From Pseudomonadota bacterium (GTDB lineage: Bacteria > Bdellovibrionota_B > Oligoflexia > Oligoflexales > CAIMVM01), in contig JBAXBA010000055.1 of NCBI GenBank assembly GCA_037142195.1, forward strand, positions 1 to 23,829: a stretch of 23,829 nucleotides of DNA. Reading direction: 5' to 3'. Of this stretch, positions 1 through 9,912 are shown piece by piece; position 1 is the first letter of the stretch; each line of letters begins with the position of its first letter. Below the pieces are notes generated by a model. It did no database searches. It saw only the letters and a program-made list of their open reading frames with translations, and was not told where the DNA came from. The position numbers were made by a program, and so were the translations under genes.

Positions 1-350
1 ACAACTTTTTTATCAAAATTATTGTTTTCTTTTTAGATACTTAACCAATCAGTCCATCGCCAGGAGGAGGTTTATAGGGTAATTCTCCTGTGGTTACAAG
101 AAGAAATTTGCATGAAATTAAAAAAAAATAAAACCCGGTAATATCATGTCCTTAGTCGCAGCCCTAAATAACAAAATAAATGCAGTTAACACTTCCATAA
201 GCAAAAACCATGAAGAGATCTCATATTCATAATGAGCTAGAATCACTTTTTGACCGCAACCTTAATGATCTCCATGTGTCCCATCTGTTTTTTGCTGCTG
301 TAAGCCATGCAGAGTATGTAGGCCAGGCTTTTCCGCTGGGGTTAGGGCGA

Positions 351-399
351 GAAAAAACTTGTCGTGATTGACCTTCAGAAGAAGAAACTTGCCGTGATT
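351..399. repeat. Imperfect 19-bp direct repeat (GAAAAAACTTGTCGTGATT / GAAGAAACTTGCCGTGATT), 30-bp period, upstream of first GH13 gene
   Basis: Copies at 351-369 and 381-399, 17/19 identical, read directly. Confidence 0.75.
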
Positions 400-478
400 T
401 TATGGACTTGCAAAAGACCCCTTATGGTGCAAATATATTTGAAACAATTCCAATATTACTGCGACTCGGAAGGACACT

Positions 479-2551
479 ATGAGACTTGCATTTCTATCTC
501 TTTCTATTTTTATAGGCACAATCGCTTGTAAATCTGCAGAATCTGGTAATGACTCTTCCATAAAAGCTGGTCAAAGAGACCTTAGGGATCTGAACACTTC
601 TGTTGGGACCCAGGTTCTCTATGAATTACAAGTGAGGACCATCAACGCCTGTCGTGCAGATGTAGGTTCTTCAGAACAACGCGCCGCATGCGCTCAAAAA
701 GCCGCCTCAAAGCAAGCCCCCCTAGTGGAATATAAGGCTGAGCATATGTCTTGTGGCATGTTTGCTAGCGAACTAAAGCCCATACAACTCGGTACTTTAG
801 ATGATTTGATGGCAAACACTAACGACTATAAAAAGGGTATTACTTTAAACTATATAAAGGAGCTAGGAGCCACCACGGTTTGGATAATGCCTCCATTTCC
901 AAACAACGATCGCTGGAACATCCCGGACGGTTGCGACAATTTAGGCTCGCCTTATGCCGTTAGAGATTATCTGCATATCCAAGGCTCACTAGATTCCAAA
1001 TGCAATTCCATGGGAGCCGATGAAAATTCATCTAACCCTTGTTGGGGTAACAATAAATTCAAAACATTAATTGATCAGGCACATGCCAAAGGCTTGAAAG
1101 TTTGGCTTGATCTTGCCTTTAATCATTTTGGACATAATTATATGATGTATGATTATGAAAACTTCAAGTCTGTCCATGAACGTTTGAACGGAAATGAAAA
1201 TCTAAATGATCTATGGAACTTTGACAAAACCTTCGATGAAAGCCTCATTCGACCAAACCTCCTAGATTCAGAAGCTGCTCTCACGAAACTGATTGCTGCT
1301 GAGCCTCACAAATCGATTTTCGAGGCTTTTACAGCCCGCTGTTCTAACAATATGCCAAAAGGTCAGGATCTGGTAAGGGCCTACGGAGCCTGGAGGAACG
1401 CTCTGCAACACGAAAGAGATCAATTTGATTGTAAGCAAAACTTTTTAGAAGGCCAAGTTCCAGGTTTTTATATGGGGCAAAACGGCTCCCCTTCAAAAAG
1501 GATCGGAGACAATCTTACAAACAATTGGGTGGATGTTAAATTTCTGTATCATAAAGAGCAGGATCCTAGTCAACAACATACCTTTGTAAGGAATCGAGAA
1601 TATCTTTTTAGAGTCATGAATTACTATGCTTCTCTCGGCGTTGATGGATTCAGACTTGACCACACAACGGAAGAAGGTAGCGGGCTAAATGCCAACGAAT
1701 GGCGGTATTTGCTAAATAAAGTTGACTATTATGCCTGGAAGAGAGATCGAAAAAAATTAGCATATATGGCTGAGGAGTTTTCAAATCAAATGGCTATGTC
1801 TCCTATCATAGATGTAATGACTGATGGCTATGTTGGAGACATGCTAGGGCGGAACATACCTAAAAAAGGCGCCTCACACGTCGAAAAAGTGATCTCAAAC
1901 ATGGATCGCTTCAATGGACAGAGCTATGTCATGAGCGCCTTAGAAACCCATGATGAACATAGGCTTCTTGAGAAAACAGGGCTCAACATTTGGACCGGGG
2001 CTGGCTTTTGGGGAATTGGATTGACAACTTGGTCCGTTCCTATGCTTCTTGGTGGACAAGAATTAGGTGAGCCTTGGGGTCTTGGATTTAAGAGATCGGA
2101 CTTTATTCGCTCACGATTTGAAGGCAGCAGCAATTTCAATCCATCAGGCCCTGAATTGAGAGATTTTTATGCCCGAATGATTTGGGCTAGAACAAAAAAT
2201 GAAAATCGAGCGTTGTATTCTTCTAAACGCCACTTCTTAAGAACTAAAGATGCAAATAATGTCGATGAGAGAATCTTTGCACAAATGAAATGGAGTGAGG
2301 ATTTAAATGTCGTGTTCACATTCCACAATTTATGGGAAGAAGATGTAGAACAGTCTTATTTTATTCCGCCAAACGTAGCCAGCGCCGCAGGAATCCGGGA
2401 CGACAAAAGCTATGTATTACGTAACGTTTTAGCTAACGATAGCCCTCGGGTGGGCGATTGCAAGTTAGGCAAAGATCTCAAATGGAATTTCTATGTGAAA
2501 ATGGCGAAGAGCGAACGGGCTCAGTGGCTTCGACTAGAAGAATGCAATTAG
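479..2551 (+). CDS. GH13 alpha-amylase-family glycosidase, predicted lipoprotein, Cys-rich
   Basis: 690 aa ORF with AAGGA SD. Signal peptide with lipobox-like TIA-C17. GH13 regions: GSPYAVRDY, I DLAFNH, II GVDGFRLDH (nucleophile D), III AEEF (acid/base E), IV LETHDEHR. Confidence 0.9.
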   Translation: MRLAFLSLSIFIGTIACKSAESGNDSSIKAGQRDLRDLNTSVGTQVLYELQVRTINACRADVGSSEQRAACAQKAASKQAPLVEYKAEHMSCGMFASELKPIQLGTLDDLMANTNDYKKGITLNYIKELGATTVWIMPPFPNNDRWNIPDGCDNLGSPYAVRDYLHIQGSLDSKCNSMGADENSSNPCWGNNKFKTLIDQAHAKGLKVWLDLAFNHFGHNYMMYDYENFKSVHERLNGNENLNDLWNFDKTFDESLIRPNLLDSEAALTKLIAAEPHKSIFEAFTARCSNNMPKGQDLVRAYGAWRNALQHERDQFDCKQNFLEGQVPGFYMGQNGSPSKRIGDNLTNNWVDVKFLYHKEQDPSQQHTFVRNREYLFRVMNYYASLGVDGFRLDHTTEEGSGLNANEWRYLLNKVDYYAWKRDRKKLAYMAEEFSNQMAMSPIIDVMTDGYVGDMLGRNIPKKGASHVEKVISNMDRFNGQSYVMSALETHDEHRLLEKTGLNIWTGAGFWGIGLTTWSVPMLLGGQELGEPWGLGFKRSDFIRSRFEGSSNFNPSGPELRDFYARMIWARTKNENRALYSSKRHFLRTKDANNVDERIFAQMKWSEDLNVVFTFHNLWEEDVEQSYFIPPNVASAAGIRDDKSYVLRNVLANDSPRVGDCKLGKDLKWNFYVKMAKSERAQWLRLEECN

Positions 2552-2850
2552 CCATCTTCCATTAAAAGAAGTGCTGAGCCAAGCAAAACGCGCACTTTTG
2601 AACGCGCCCTTTTGAATTGTTATGGTTTTACGCAACCGTGTTTTAAAGAAAGTGCGCTGTTCAAACCAGCTGCGCAATGCCTGCCGTTTTGTCGCTATTG
2701 GCAGGCTACCTAGGACAAAAAAGGAAACGAAATAGCGGACCAGACCGCGCATACCGTTTCTTTTTGATCGGGAATGTATTTTAAATCCATGAAATCATTG
2801 GCGACTATTCGCGGCCCCCACGAGAATTGCCTTGAATCAGAAACCATCCA

Positions 2851-4770
2851 ATGATACCAAATAAGGTATCAGACTCCCTGGGGGAAATTTTGAAACGCAG
2901 CTTTTCGAAAAATTGCGCAGCCAATAGGCTATTTGCTCTTGGGATAGGGTTAGCCATGTTTTTGAGTTGTGCACTTGCAAGAGCGGGAGCCGACCTAAAC
3001 AGACCCATTATCTATCAATTGGTAGTTAGGCATTTCGGTAACGAAGTTGGCTTGAATAAAACAAACGGCACCCTATCTGAAAACGGCGTCGGAAAATTTA
3101 TTGACATTAATGATGAAGCCTTAACAGAAATCAAGAAGTGGGGCGTCACTCATATTTGGTTAACAGGTGTATTTAGGCAAAGTACTTTGACAGACTACTC
3201 ACAGATCGGACTTCCTTCCGACGACCCTGATATCGTCAAAGGGCGAGCTGGCAGTTTTTATGCTATCAAAGATTACTTCGATGTTTGTCCTGACTATGCG
3301 GTAAATCCTAAAAACAGGCTTCTAGAGTTTAAAGACCTGGTGAGACGAATCCACAGTCATGGCATGAAAGTTATGGTAGATTTGGTGGGAAATCATGTGG
3401 CAAGGTCCTATCAGTCCCTTCAAAGGCCCGACCTAAATTTAGGCGTCCGAGACGATCAATACACCTCCCTAAAGCTGGAAAACAACTTCGTTTATCTTCC
3501 CCAAAATCAGCAATCGAATCTCAGGCTACCTTTAGAAAAAAATCAGCCTCAAGTCGAAAAGCGAGATGGACTTTATGAACGGGAATCCGGATTGAGTGGT
3601 AGCTTTGTTAAAGCAACTGGAAATCGCCTTTTGTCTGCAAACCCGACTCAAAACAGCTGGTATGAAACCATATTGCTCAATTACGGTTTCGATTTTCTTT
3701 CTGGCCGCAACTTATTTAATACGGGATCAGAAACGCCTGCAAATTCCACCTGGGAAGTACTTGATGAATTTGTCAGGACTTGGACTGCAGACTATGGAGT
3801 CGATGGTTTTCGGGCCGACTTCGCCCATTGGATTCCAAATGAATTTTGGACTTGGCTGATCAAGAGAGCTAGAGCTAGAAGTAATGATTTGCTTTTTGTG
3901 GCAGAAGCTTACGAAAACAAGCAAGGACTTGTAAACGCCGGCTTTGATGCCGTTTACGATGATCCTACCTACGACACCTTAAAAGGAATTTCCAATCAGA
4001 CCGCGTTACCTACGCAACTAGAAAACCTTTGGTTCGCCTCCTCGGCCACGGCCGCTAAAACTTCATTAAGATACTTGGAAAATCACGACGAACGTCGCCT
4101 AGCATCGCCTTTAAATATTGGGTCCAATCCTGACGAGTCAGGATTCGGCTCTGCGGAAATGGCGTCTTTGGTAGGCCCTCTCACCTACCTTTCCGGCACA
4201 GGCCCCATCCTCATCTATAACGGACAGACCGAAGGAGAGGAAGGCAGCGGGCAGGAAGGGTTCGACAGCGAGAATGGCAGGACGTCTCTTTTTGATTATT
4301 GGACCGTTCCGGCTCTTGCCAAATGGCGAAACGGCGGGTCCTATGACGGTGGTGGACTTTCAGGAGCCGCAAAGAAACTTCAGATTTATTACCGGAACCT
4401 TTTGAATCTTGCCCAGACTGAGACCTTCCAAACTGGAAAGTACTATGGACTCAACTATGTAAATCGGGGACGTCAAGATTTCCCCCAAGATAAAGTTTTT
4501 GTCTTTGCGCGCTACAACACGGACCAAAAGCAACTCATGATTGTGCTTGGAAATTGGCTTCAAGATTCCTTAACTATAAACCTCAGCCTCCCCGAAAACT
4601 TAATGCTCCAGGCCGGACTTGATCCAGGGCGCTCCGTTAAAATACAGCCGATCTTAATTGGAAAAACATCGGCTCCCGTAAAATCCAGTCAAACCATTCA
4701 TTCTCCAGAAGATATTCCATTTACAGCCGTAGGAGCGAGTTCTTCGGTTTTTCGAATTACTCAAGATTGA
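2851..4770 (+). CDS. GH13 alpha-amylase/alpha-glucosidase family protein with signal peptide; true start may be TTG 2890
   Basis: Motifs IYQLVVRHFGN, KGRAGSFYAIKDY, I DLVGNH, II GVDGFRADFAH, III AEAY, IV LENHDERR. Hydrophobic signal ending ALARA. A G-run at 2880-2884 precedes the in-frame TTG at 2890. Confidence 0.9.
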   Translation: MIPNKVSDSLGEILKRSFSKNCAANRLFALGIGLAMFLSCALARAGADLNRPIIYQLVVRHFGNEVGLNKTNGTLSENGVGKFIDINDEALTEIKKWGVTHIWLTGVFRQSTLTDYSQIGLPSDDPDIVKGRAGSFYAIKDYFDVCPDYAVNPKNRLLEFKDLVRRIHSHGMKVMVDLVGNHVARSYQSLQRPDLNLGVRDDQYTSLKLENNFVYLPQNQQSNLRLPLEKNQPQVEKRDGLYERESGLSGSFVKATGNRLLSANPTQNSWYETILLNYGFDFLSGRNLFNTGSETPANSTWEVLDEFVRTWTADYGVDGFRADFAHWIPNEFWTWLIKRARARSNDLLFVAEAYENKQGLVNAGFDAVYDDPTYDTLKGISNQTALPTQLENLWFASSATAAKTSLRYLENHDERRLASPLNIGSNPDESGFGSAEMASLVGPLTYLSGTGPILIYNGQTEGEEGSGQEGFDSENGRTSLFDYWTVPALAKWRNGGSYDGGGLSGAAKKLQIYYRNLLNLAQTETFQTGKYYGLNYVNRGRQDFPQDKVFVFARYNTDQKQLMIVLGNWLQDSLTINLSLPENLMLQAGLDPGRSVKIQPILIGKTSAPVKSSQTIHSPEDIPFTAVGASSSVFRITQD

Positions 4771-4790
4771 GAGACTTTGATTTAGCAATA

Positions 4791-4828
4791 GCCATTTTAG
4801 TTTCCATCCCCGAAAATGGCGGTCTTTT
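4791..4828. terminator. Possible terminator hairpin between convergent genes
   Basis: GCCATTTT (4791-4798) pairs with AAAATGGC (4813-4820) and is followed by GGTCTTTT. The loop is long. Confidence 0.35.
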
Positions 4829-4867
4829 GATGAAAGAGTTTATGAAAAGCTAAGTAGCAAGGTGCAT

Positions 4868-5512
4868 TTAGGCTGTCTTTGCGGAGCTAAACTTTTGCTG
4901 AAAGCGAGTAGGCTCCTTGAAGGGAAGGCTTAGGGCTTCCTTAAACCACCAATGGCTCCAGTTTTCCCACTGTCTATCGATATCTAAATAAGCCATTTCT
5001 ACAAATTGATCTAATAGACTTAAAACCGATGAAGTTTCCGCTTCTAACACAGTCTCCATGATCTTGTGCTGCACATGTCCTTCATCAGTCAGGTTCGCAA
5101 AATGGAGCGAAATGCGACAAGTGTCTCCATTTGCCGCTGGCTCTAGGGACACCTCATACCAATCTCGAACCTTGGGATCACTTTTACTGGCTAAAAGAAG
5201 AGAAAAAGTAGCTCCTTCAGCAAAGACTCCCTCTCTATTCTGCACATAGAGAAAGAGAAAGCCTAAGCGGGTATTAGCGGCATTTGCTTCAGTAAGCCAA
5301 TTGAGATGGCTCTCATCAAAATGACCTGACAATTTTTGTTTGAGGCTTCCTAGAAAATCACTATCCCGCTTTCTTAGAAAAAAACCTTTAGTCACAAATA
5401 CTTTACCTTTGACTTCATTTTGATAAAGCCATCCCCATAATCCATCTGCATGACTCGTAAACTCGCGCTTTTTAACTTTATTTGTTATCTCTAAAGCCGC
5501 ATTTAAAGACAT
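4868..5512 (-). CDS. Hypothetical protein (214 aa)
   Basis: Long ORF filling the gap, ATG preceded by GGGG SD-like sequence, globular composition, no recognised family. Confidence 0.75.
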   Translation of the reverse strand: MSLNAALEITNKVKKREFTSHADGLWGWLYQNEVKGKVFVTKGFFLRKRDSDFLGSLKQKLSGHFDESHLNWLTEANAANTRLGFLFLYVQNREGVFAEGATFSLLLASKSDPKVRDWYEVSLEPAANGDTCRISLHFANLTDEGHVQHKIMETVLEAETSSVLSLLDQFVEMAYLDIDRQWENWSHWWFKEALSLPFKEPTRFQQKFSSAKTA

Positions 5513-5696
5513 CTTCTACCCCATTCGCTCACAGTTCTGCTCATATTCTCCCACAGTTGCGGCGAAAAGCAAAAAAAGCAAACGCTGAAACCTAGGTGAA
5601 AAACATAATCAGCAGATCACACCCTATAAAAACAGCAACTTAAAAATCAGAGTTCCTCTTCGAGCTCAATCCTTTCGCAACACTCAGCCAGATAAG

Positions 5697-5752
5697 CCTC
5701 AATCCTCAATCCTCAATCCTCAATCCTCAATCCTCAATCCTCAATCCTCAAT
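5697..5752. repeat. Perfect heptanucleotide tandem repeat (CCTCAAT)x8
   Basis: Eight exact copies starting at 5697, 5704, 5711, 5718, 5725, 5732, 5739 and 5746. Confidence 0.98.
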
Positions 5753-6107
5753 AGCCCATGATTTTTATTCGTCTGCGGCTACTATGATTAACCAAATTTC
5801 CTTGGCTGATTCTCATGAGATTGCGGTCATTGCCTCAGCTCCTTCTAAAAATTTGCTTTACGTTATCCGTCAAACACTAGAAAAATGTCCGTAATCATGG
5901 ATAAAATGAATCAATTTTAATCAGACCCACAGCTCTCGTGGTTAGGAGAAAGTTGCTGATAACGTAATCAGAATCCAAATATTTCTGTCTTATGTAAATT
6001 TTAGGTTGCAATTAGAGCCCTCCCTGCCCCAATCTAGAGAGTCTTAAACACTGCGTGCGACTTTCCCAAGTATTGGGTTAGCTTTTATTGGCAGCATGGA
6101 GGAATTC

Positions 6108-7949
6108 GTGGCCAGCTATACAGAAGACCATATTAAGTCCCTAGATTGGAAGGATCATATCCGCCTGCGCCCCGGAATGTATATTGGGAAGTTAGGCGAT
6201 GGTGCTATGCCCGATGATGGGATCTATGTCTTAGTGAAAGAGATCATAGATAACTCCATCGACGAACATATGATGGGACACGGAAAAAGAATTGAAATCG
6301 AAGTTGATGAGAAGTCAGTTCGAGTCAGAGACTTTGGTCGAGGCATCCCCTTAGGTAAAGTCATCGACTGTGTCAGTAAGATAAATACCGGCGCTAAATA
6401 TGATTCCGAAGCCTTTAAAAAGTCAGTAGGCCTAAACGGAGTGGGTACCAAAGCAGTCAATGCCCTCTCGGAGTGGTTCAAAGTATCCTCATTTCGTGAA
6501 GGTAAAGTAAAGTCGGCCGAATTTGTGCGCGGAGAGCTTACTACTGATGGTCGGATAAAAGCTGCCACTGAGAAAGATGGCACCTTGATTGAGTTTACGC
6601 CAGACTCGCAAATCTTCAAAAACTACCGTTATCGACCCGCGTTCCTAGAAGAATTGCTTTGGAATTATGCCTATCTTAATTCCGGACTTACAGTGGTTTG
6701 CAATGGTAAAGAATATGTGTCAAAGAATGGTCTGCTTGATCTTTTGACCAAAAAAACAGAAGGTTTTGAACTCTATTACCCCATTTTACATTTCAAAAAC
6801 AAAGACATGGAAATCGCTTTGTCACATTGCGAGCAGAGTTCAGAAGTACATTTCAGCTTTGTTAATGGCCAACATACCACCATGGGCGGGACTCACCAGC
6901 AAGCCCTTCGCGACTCCATTGTAAAAACCGTTAGGGATTTTTACAAAAAGGAGTTTGAAGTTTCGGACATTAGGTCCGGCTTAGTAGCTGCTATTTGCGT
7001 GAGGGTTCAAGAACCTGTTTTCGAATCTCAGACCAAAACAAAATTGGGTTCACAAAATGTCTCGGAAGATGGTCAGACGATCAAAGCTTGGGTTCATGAT
7101 TTTTTTGGCCACCAACTCGATTTAAGACTTCATAAAGACAAAACAGTAGCTGATGCACTTCTTCGCCGCATCAAAGAGGCGGAAAAAGAACGAGAAGAGC
7201 TTGCTGGCATTAAAAAACTTGCTCGAGAGCGAAATAAAAAAGCCAACCTCTTTAATAAAAAGTTGAGAGATTGTCGCGTTCACCTTAATACCAACCATAA
7301 GTTTTCTAAAGACTCTATGATTTTTATAACGGAAGGCGACTCGGCATCTGGTTCGATAACGAAAGCTCGGAATCCAGAGCTTCAAGCAGTATTTAGTTTG
7401 AGGGGCAAACCACTCAACTGCTTTGGCATGAAGAAGAAAATCGTATATGAAAACGAAGAACTAAATTTGCTTCAGCATGCCTTGAATCTAGAAGATGGAT
7501 TGGAAGGTCTTCGTTATAACAAAATCATTATCGCAACCGATGCGGACGTCGACGGCATGCACATTAGGCTATTGCTGTTAACGTTTTTCCTTCAATTCTT
7601 TCCAGAAATTATCCAAGCAGGCCATTTATTCGTTCTTGACACTCCTTTGTTTAGGGTCAGAGATAAAAAGCAAACATTCTACTGTTACACCGAACAAGAG
7701 CGACAAAAAGCTGTTGAGAAGTTAAGCGGTCCGCCTGAAATTACTAGATTTAAAGGCTTGGGAGAGATTTCTCCTGATGAATTTGAAGCGTTTATCGGCA
7801 AAAAAATGCAAATTGAACAAGTTCATTTTATTGGCGATGAGTCTGATTTGCATAAAACGCTAACCTTCTACATGGGGAAAAACACCCCTGCACGCCAGGA
7901 CTTTATAGTTTCCAATCTGCGTATCGAGCCCAATGAAGTGACGTTGTGA
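6108..7949 (+). CDS. parE: DNA topoisomerase IV subunit B (ORF track opens at ATG 6096; GTG 6108 preferred)
   Basis: [33 protein letters not shown] (GHKL ATPase); TOPRIM EGDSA, LRGKPLN, DADVDG; RFKGLGE. GGAGG SD at 6098-6102. Compact size and pairing with a subunit A lacking a GyrA-box favour topo IV over gyrase. Confidence 0.9.
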   Translation: MASYTEDHIKSLDWKDHIRLRPGMYIGKLGDGAMPDDGIYVLVKEIIDNSIDEHMMGHGKRIEIEVDEKSVRVRDFGRGIPLGKVIDCVSKINTGAKYDSEAFKKSVGLNGVGTKAVNALSEWFKVSSFREGKVKSAEFVRGELTTDGRIKAATEKDGTLIEFTPDSQIFKNYRYRPAFLEELLWNYAYLNSGLTVVCNGKEYVSKNGLLDLLTKKTEGFELYYPILHFKNKDMEIALSHCEQSSEVHFSFVNGQHTTMGGTHQQALRDSIVKTVRDFYKKEFEVSDIRSGLVAAICVRVQEPVFESQTKTKLGSQNVSEDGQTIKAWVHDFFGHQLDLRLHKDKTVADALLRRIKEAEKEREELAGIKKLARERNKKANLFNKKLRDCRVHLNTNHKFSKDSMIFITEGDSASGSITKARNPELQAVFSLRGKPLNCFGMKKKIVYENEELNLLQHALNLEDGLEGLRYNKIIIATDADVDGMHIRLLLLTFFLQFFPEIIQAGHLFVLDTPLFRVRDKKQTFYCYTEQERQKAVEKLSGPPEITRFKGLGEISPDEFEAFIGKKMQIEQVHFIGDESDLHKTLTFYMGKNTPARQDFIVSNLRIEPNEVTL

Positions 7950-7956
7950 GGACCAA

Positions 7957-9912
7957 ATGACTGATTTAAAAGAAACCGGTTCCATCCATAATCTTTACCA
8001 ACATTACTATTTGGATTATGCCTCTTATGTAATTTTGGATCGTGCCGTTCCTGCCTTGGGCGACGGCCTAAAGCCCGTTCAACGTAGAATTCTCCATGCC
8101 CTTGAAGAAATGGACGATGGAAGATTTAACAAAGTAGCCAACGTCATTGGTCACTGCATGCGCTACCACCCCCACGGGGATGCCTCCATCGGCGATGCAC
8201 TTACCAATCTAGGTCAAAAAGACCTCTTAATAGAAACACAGGGAAATTGGGGCAACCTTTTAACGGGCGACAGCGCCGCCGCCCCGCGCTATATTGAAGC
8301 AAGGCTTTCTAAATTTGCAAAAGAAGTTGCCTTTAATAAAGAGACCACCAGCTGGCAGCCCTCTTATGATGGACGCAGCAAAGAACCTGTCATTCTCCCC
8401 ATTAAGTTCCCCCTCCTATTAGCTCAAGGAGCAGAAGGCATTGCGGTGGGACTTTCCACTAAGATTATGCCCCATAATTTCTTAGAGCTTTTAGAAGCTA
8501 GTATTGCAGCCCTTAAAGGCGAAAAGGTTGAGATTTTCCCTGACTTCCCCACAGGCGGAAGTGCTGATTTCTCCGAATACAATCAGGGTCGAAAAGGCTC
8601 AAGACTTCGCGTTCGCGCCAAAATTGAATTTGAAAATTCCAAGCTATTGAAGATCACTCAAATCCCCTGGGAGACCACCACAACTTCCGTAATTGAGTCC
8701 ATCGTTTCCGCCGCTGAAAAAGGCAAAATCAAGGTAAAAAAAGTCGAAGACAATACCGCAAAGGATGTGGAGATATTGATTCACTTGCAGCCTGGAGCCG
8801 ATCTCGACAACACAATAGAAGCCCTTTACGCATTTACAAAATGTGAAGTTTCCATCAATCCCTTCTGCTGTGTCATCGATGAGGCCAAGCCTAAATTTCT
8901 TGGAGTTGACGATTTAGTGGTTTACACCGCTCAGAAGACTAAAAACTTGTTAGGTTTAGAGCTGGAACTTAAAAAAAGCGGTTTACTTGAAAAAATATTC
9001 TTTGCTTCTCTTGAAAGAATCTTCATTGAAGAGAAAGTCTATCGGGCCATTGAAACCTGCGAAACTTGGGAAGATGTACTTTCAACCATCACCAAGAAAA
9101 TGGCTCCCCACGCAAAGAATTTCCACCGTGCTTTAGCAGAAGAAGACGTCATCAAGCTGACGGAAATCAAAATTAAGCGCCTATCAAAGTTTGATAGCAA
9201 TAAAGCGACTGAAAATCTGGCAAAGTATGCGACGGAGCTGGAAGAAACGGAAAAAAACCTTAAGCAGCTTACAAAGTATGCCATCCAATGGTTTAAGCAC
9301 CTCCTTAAGGAATATGGAAAAGGTAAAGAGAGAAAAACGGAAATCGGTTCCTTTAAAGCCGTAGACAAAGCTAAAGTAGCCCATGCAAATAAAAAACTAT
9401 ACGTGAACGCTAAGGACGGCTTGATAGGAACAGATCTTAAAAAGGAACAATACCTTTTTGATGTTTCTGAGCTGAACGAAGTTCTTTGCTTCACACGTGA
9501 TGGCAACTTTACTGTGGTCAAAACACCCGAAAAGCAATATGTCGGAAAAGACCTCATCTATGTGTCCCTCTTTAAGCGAAATGACGAGCTCACCACTTAT
9601 AATGTCATTTTTAGAGACGGCAGAGATGGCCCCATCATGATTAAAAGATTTGCTGTAGACTCTGTCATACGAGATAAAGCTTACCCAATCACTAAAGAAA
9701 GCCCCGGATCACGCATTCTCTATTTGGGCATTTCTAAAAGCCCAGAAGAAAGTGACGAGGTTCTGATTCGCTTTGCAGAAGGACAAAAACTAAAGCAAAA
9801 GACCTTAAAAGTGGAAATGAACGAATACCCGGTCAAGCCAAGAACCGGAGCGGGATCTATCTTGAGTAGGCATAAGATTGATAAAATTGAAAAAATAAAG
9901 CCTGAGGAATAG
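7957..9912 (+). CDS. parC: DNA topoisomerase IV subunit A
   Basis: DGLKPVQRRIL, YHPHGD, AAAPRYIEARL (catalytic Tyr, codon 8290-8292), GIAVG, PDFPTGG. Only 651 aa with a short CTD and no GyrA-box. GAGG SD, 7 bp after the parE stop. Confidence 0.9.
   Translation: MTDLKETGSIHNLYQHYYLDYASYVILDRAVPALGDGLKPVQRRILHALEEMDDGRFNKVANVIGHCMRYHPHGDASIGDALTNLGQKDLLIETQGNWGNLLTGDSAAAPRYIEARLSKFAKEVAFNKETTSWQPSYDGRSKEPVILPIKFPLLLAQGAEGIAVGLSTKIMPHNFLELLEASIAALKGEKVEIFPDFPTGGSADFSEYNQGRKGSRLRVRAKIEFENSKLLKITQIPWETTTTSVIESIVSAAEKGKIKVKKVEDNTAKDVEILIHLQPGADLDNTIEALYAFTKCEVSINPFCCVIDEAKPKFLGVDDLVVYTAQKTKNLLGLELELKKSGLLEKIFFASLERIFIEEKVYRAIETCETWEDVLSTITKKMAPHAKNFHRALAEEDVIKLTEIKIKRLSKFDSNKATENLAKYATELEETEKNLKQLTKYAIQWFKHLLKEYGKGKERKTEIGSFKAVDKAKVAHANKKLYVNAKDGLIGTDLKKEQYLFDVSELNEVLCFTRDGNFTVVKTPEKQYVGKDLIYVSLFKRNDELTTYNVIFRDGRDGPIMIKRFAVDSVIRDKAYPITKESPGSRILYLGISKSPEESDEVLIRFAEGQKLKQKTLKVEMNEYPVKPRTGAGSILSRHKIDKIEKIKPEE

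Noticed and set aside
61..90. CAGGAG...CTCCTG inverted repeat as a riboswitch or terminator
   Set aside because: Short stem, long loop, no U tract and no recognisable aptamer motif.
2534..2752. 72-aa minus-strand ORF between the GH13 genes
   Set aside because: Overlaps the upstream gene's end, has no clear SD or family; the region is better explained as a structured spacer.
5697..5752. Repeat as a CRISPR array or iterons
   Set aside because: 7-bp units without spacers; no cas or rep genes.
9039..9557. 172-aa antisense ORF in parC, and the other antisense or nested ORFs in the track
   Set aside because: Shadow ORFs fully overlapping well-supported genes, with no motifs of their own.
6096..9912. 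gyrB/gyrA assignment
   Set aside because: Subunit A is short and has no GyrA-box; motifs fit topo IV better.
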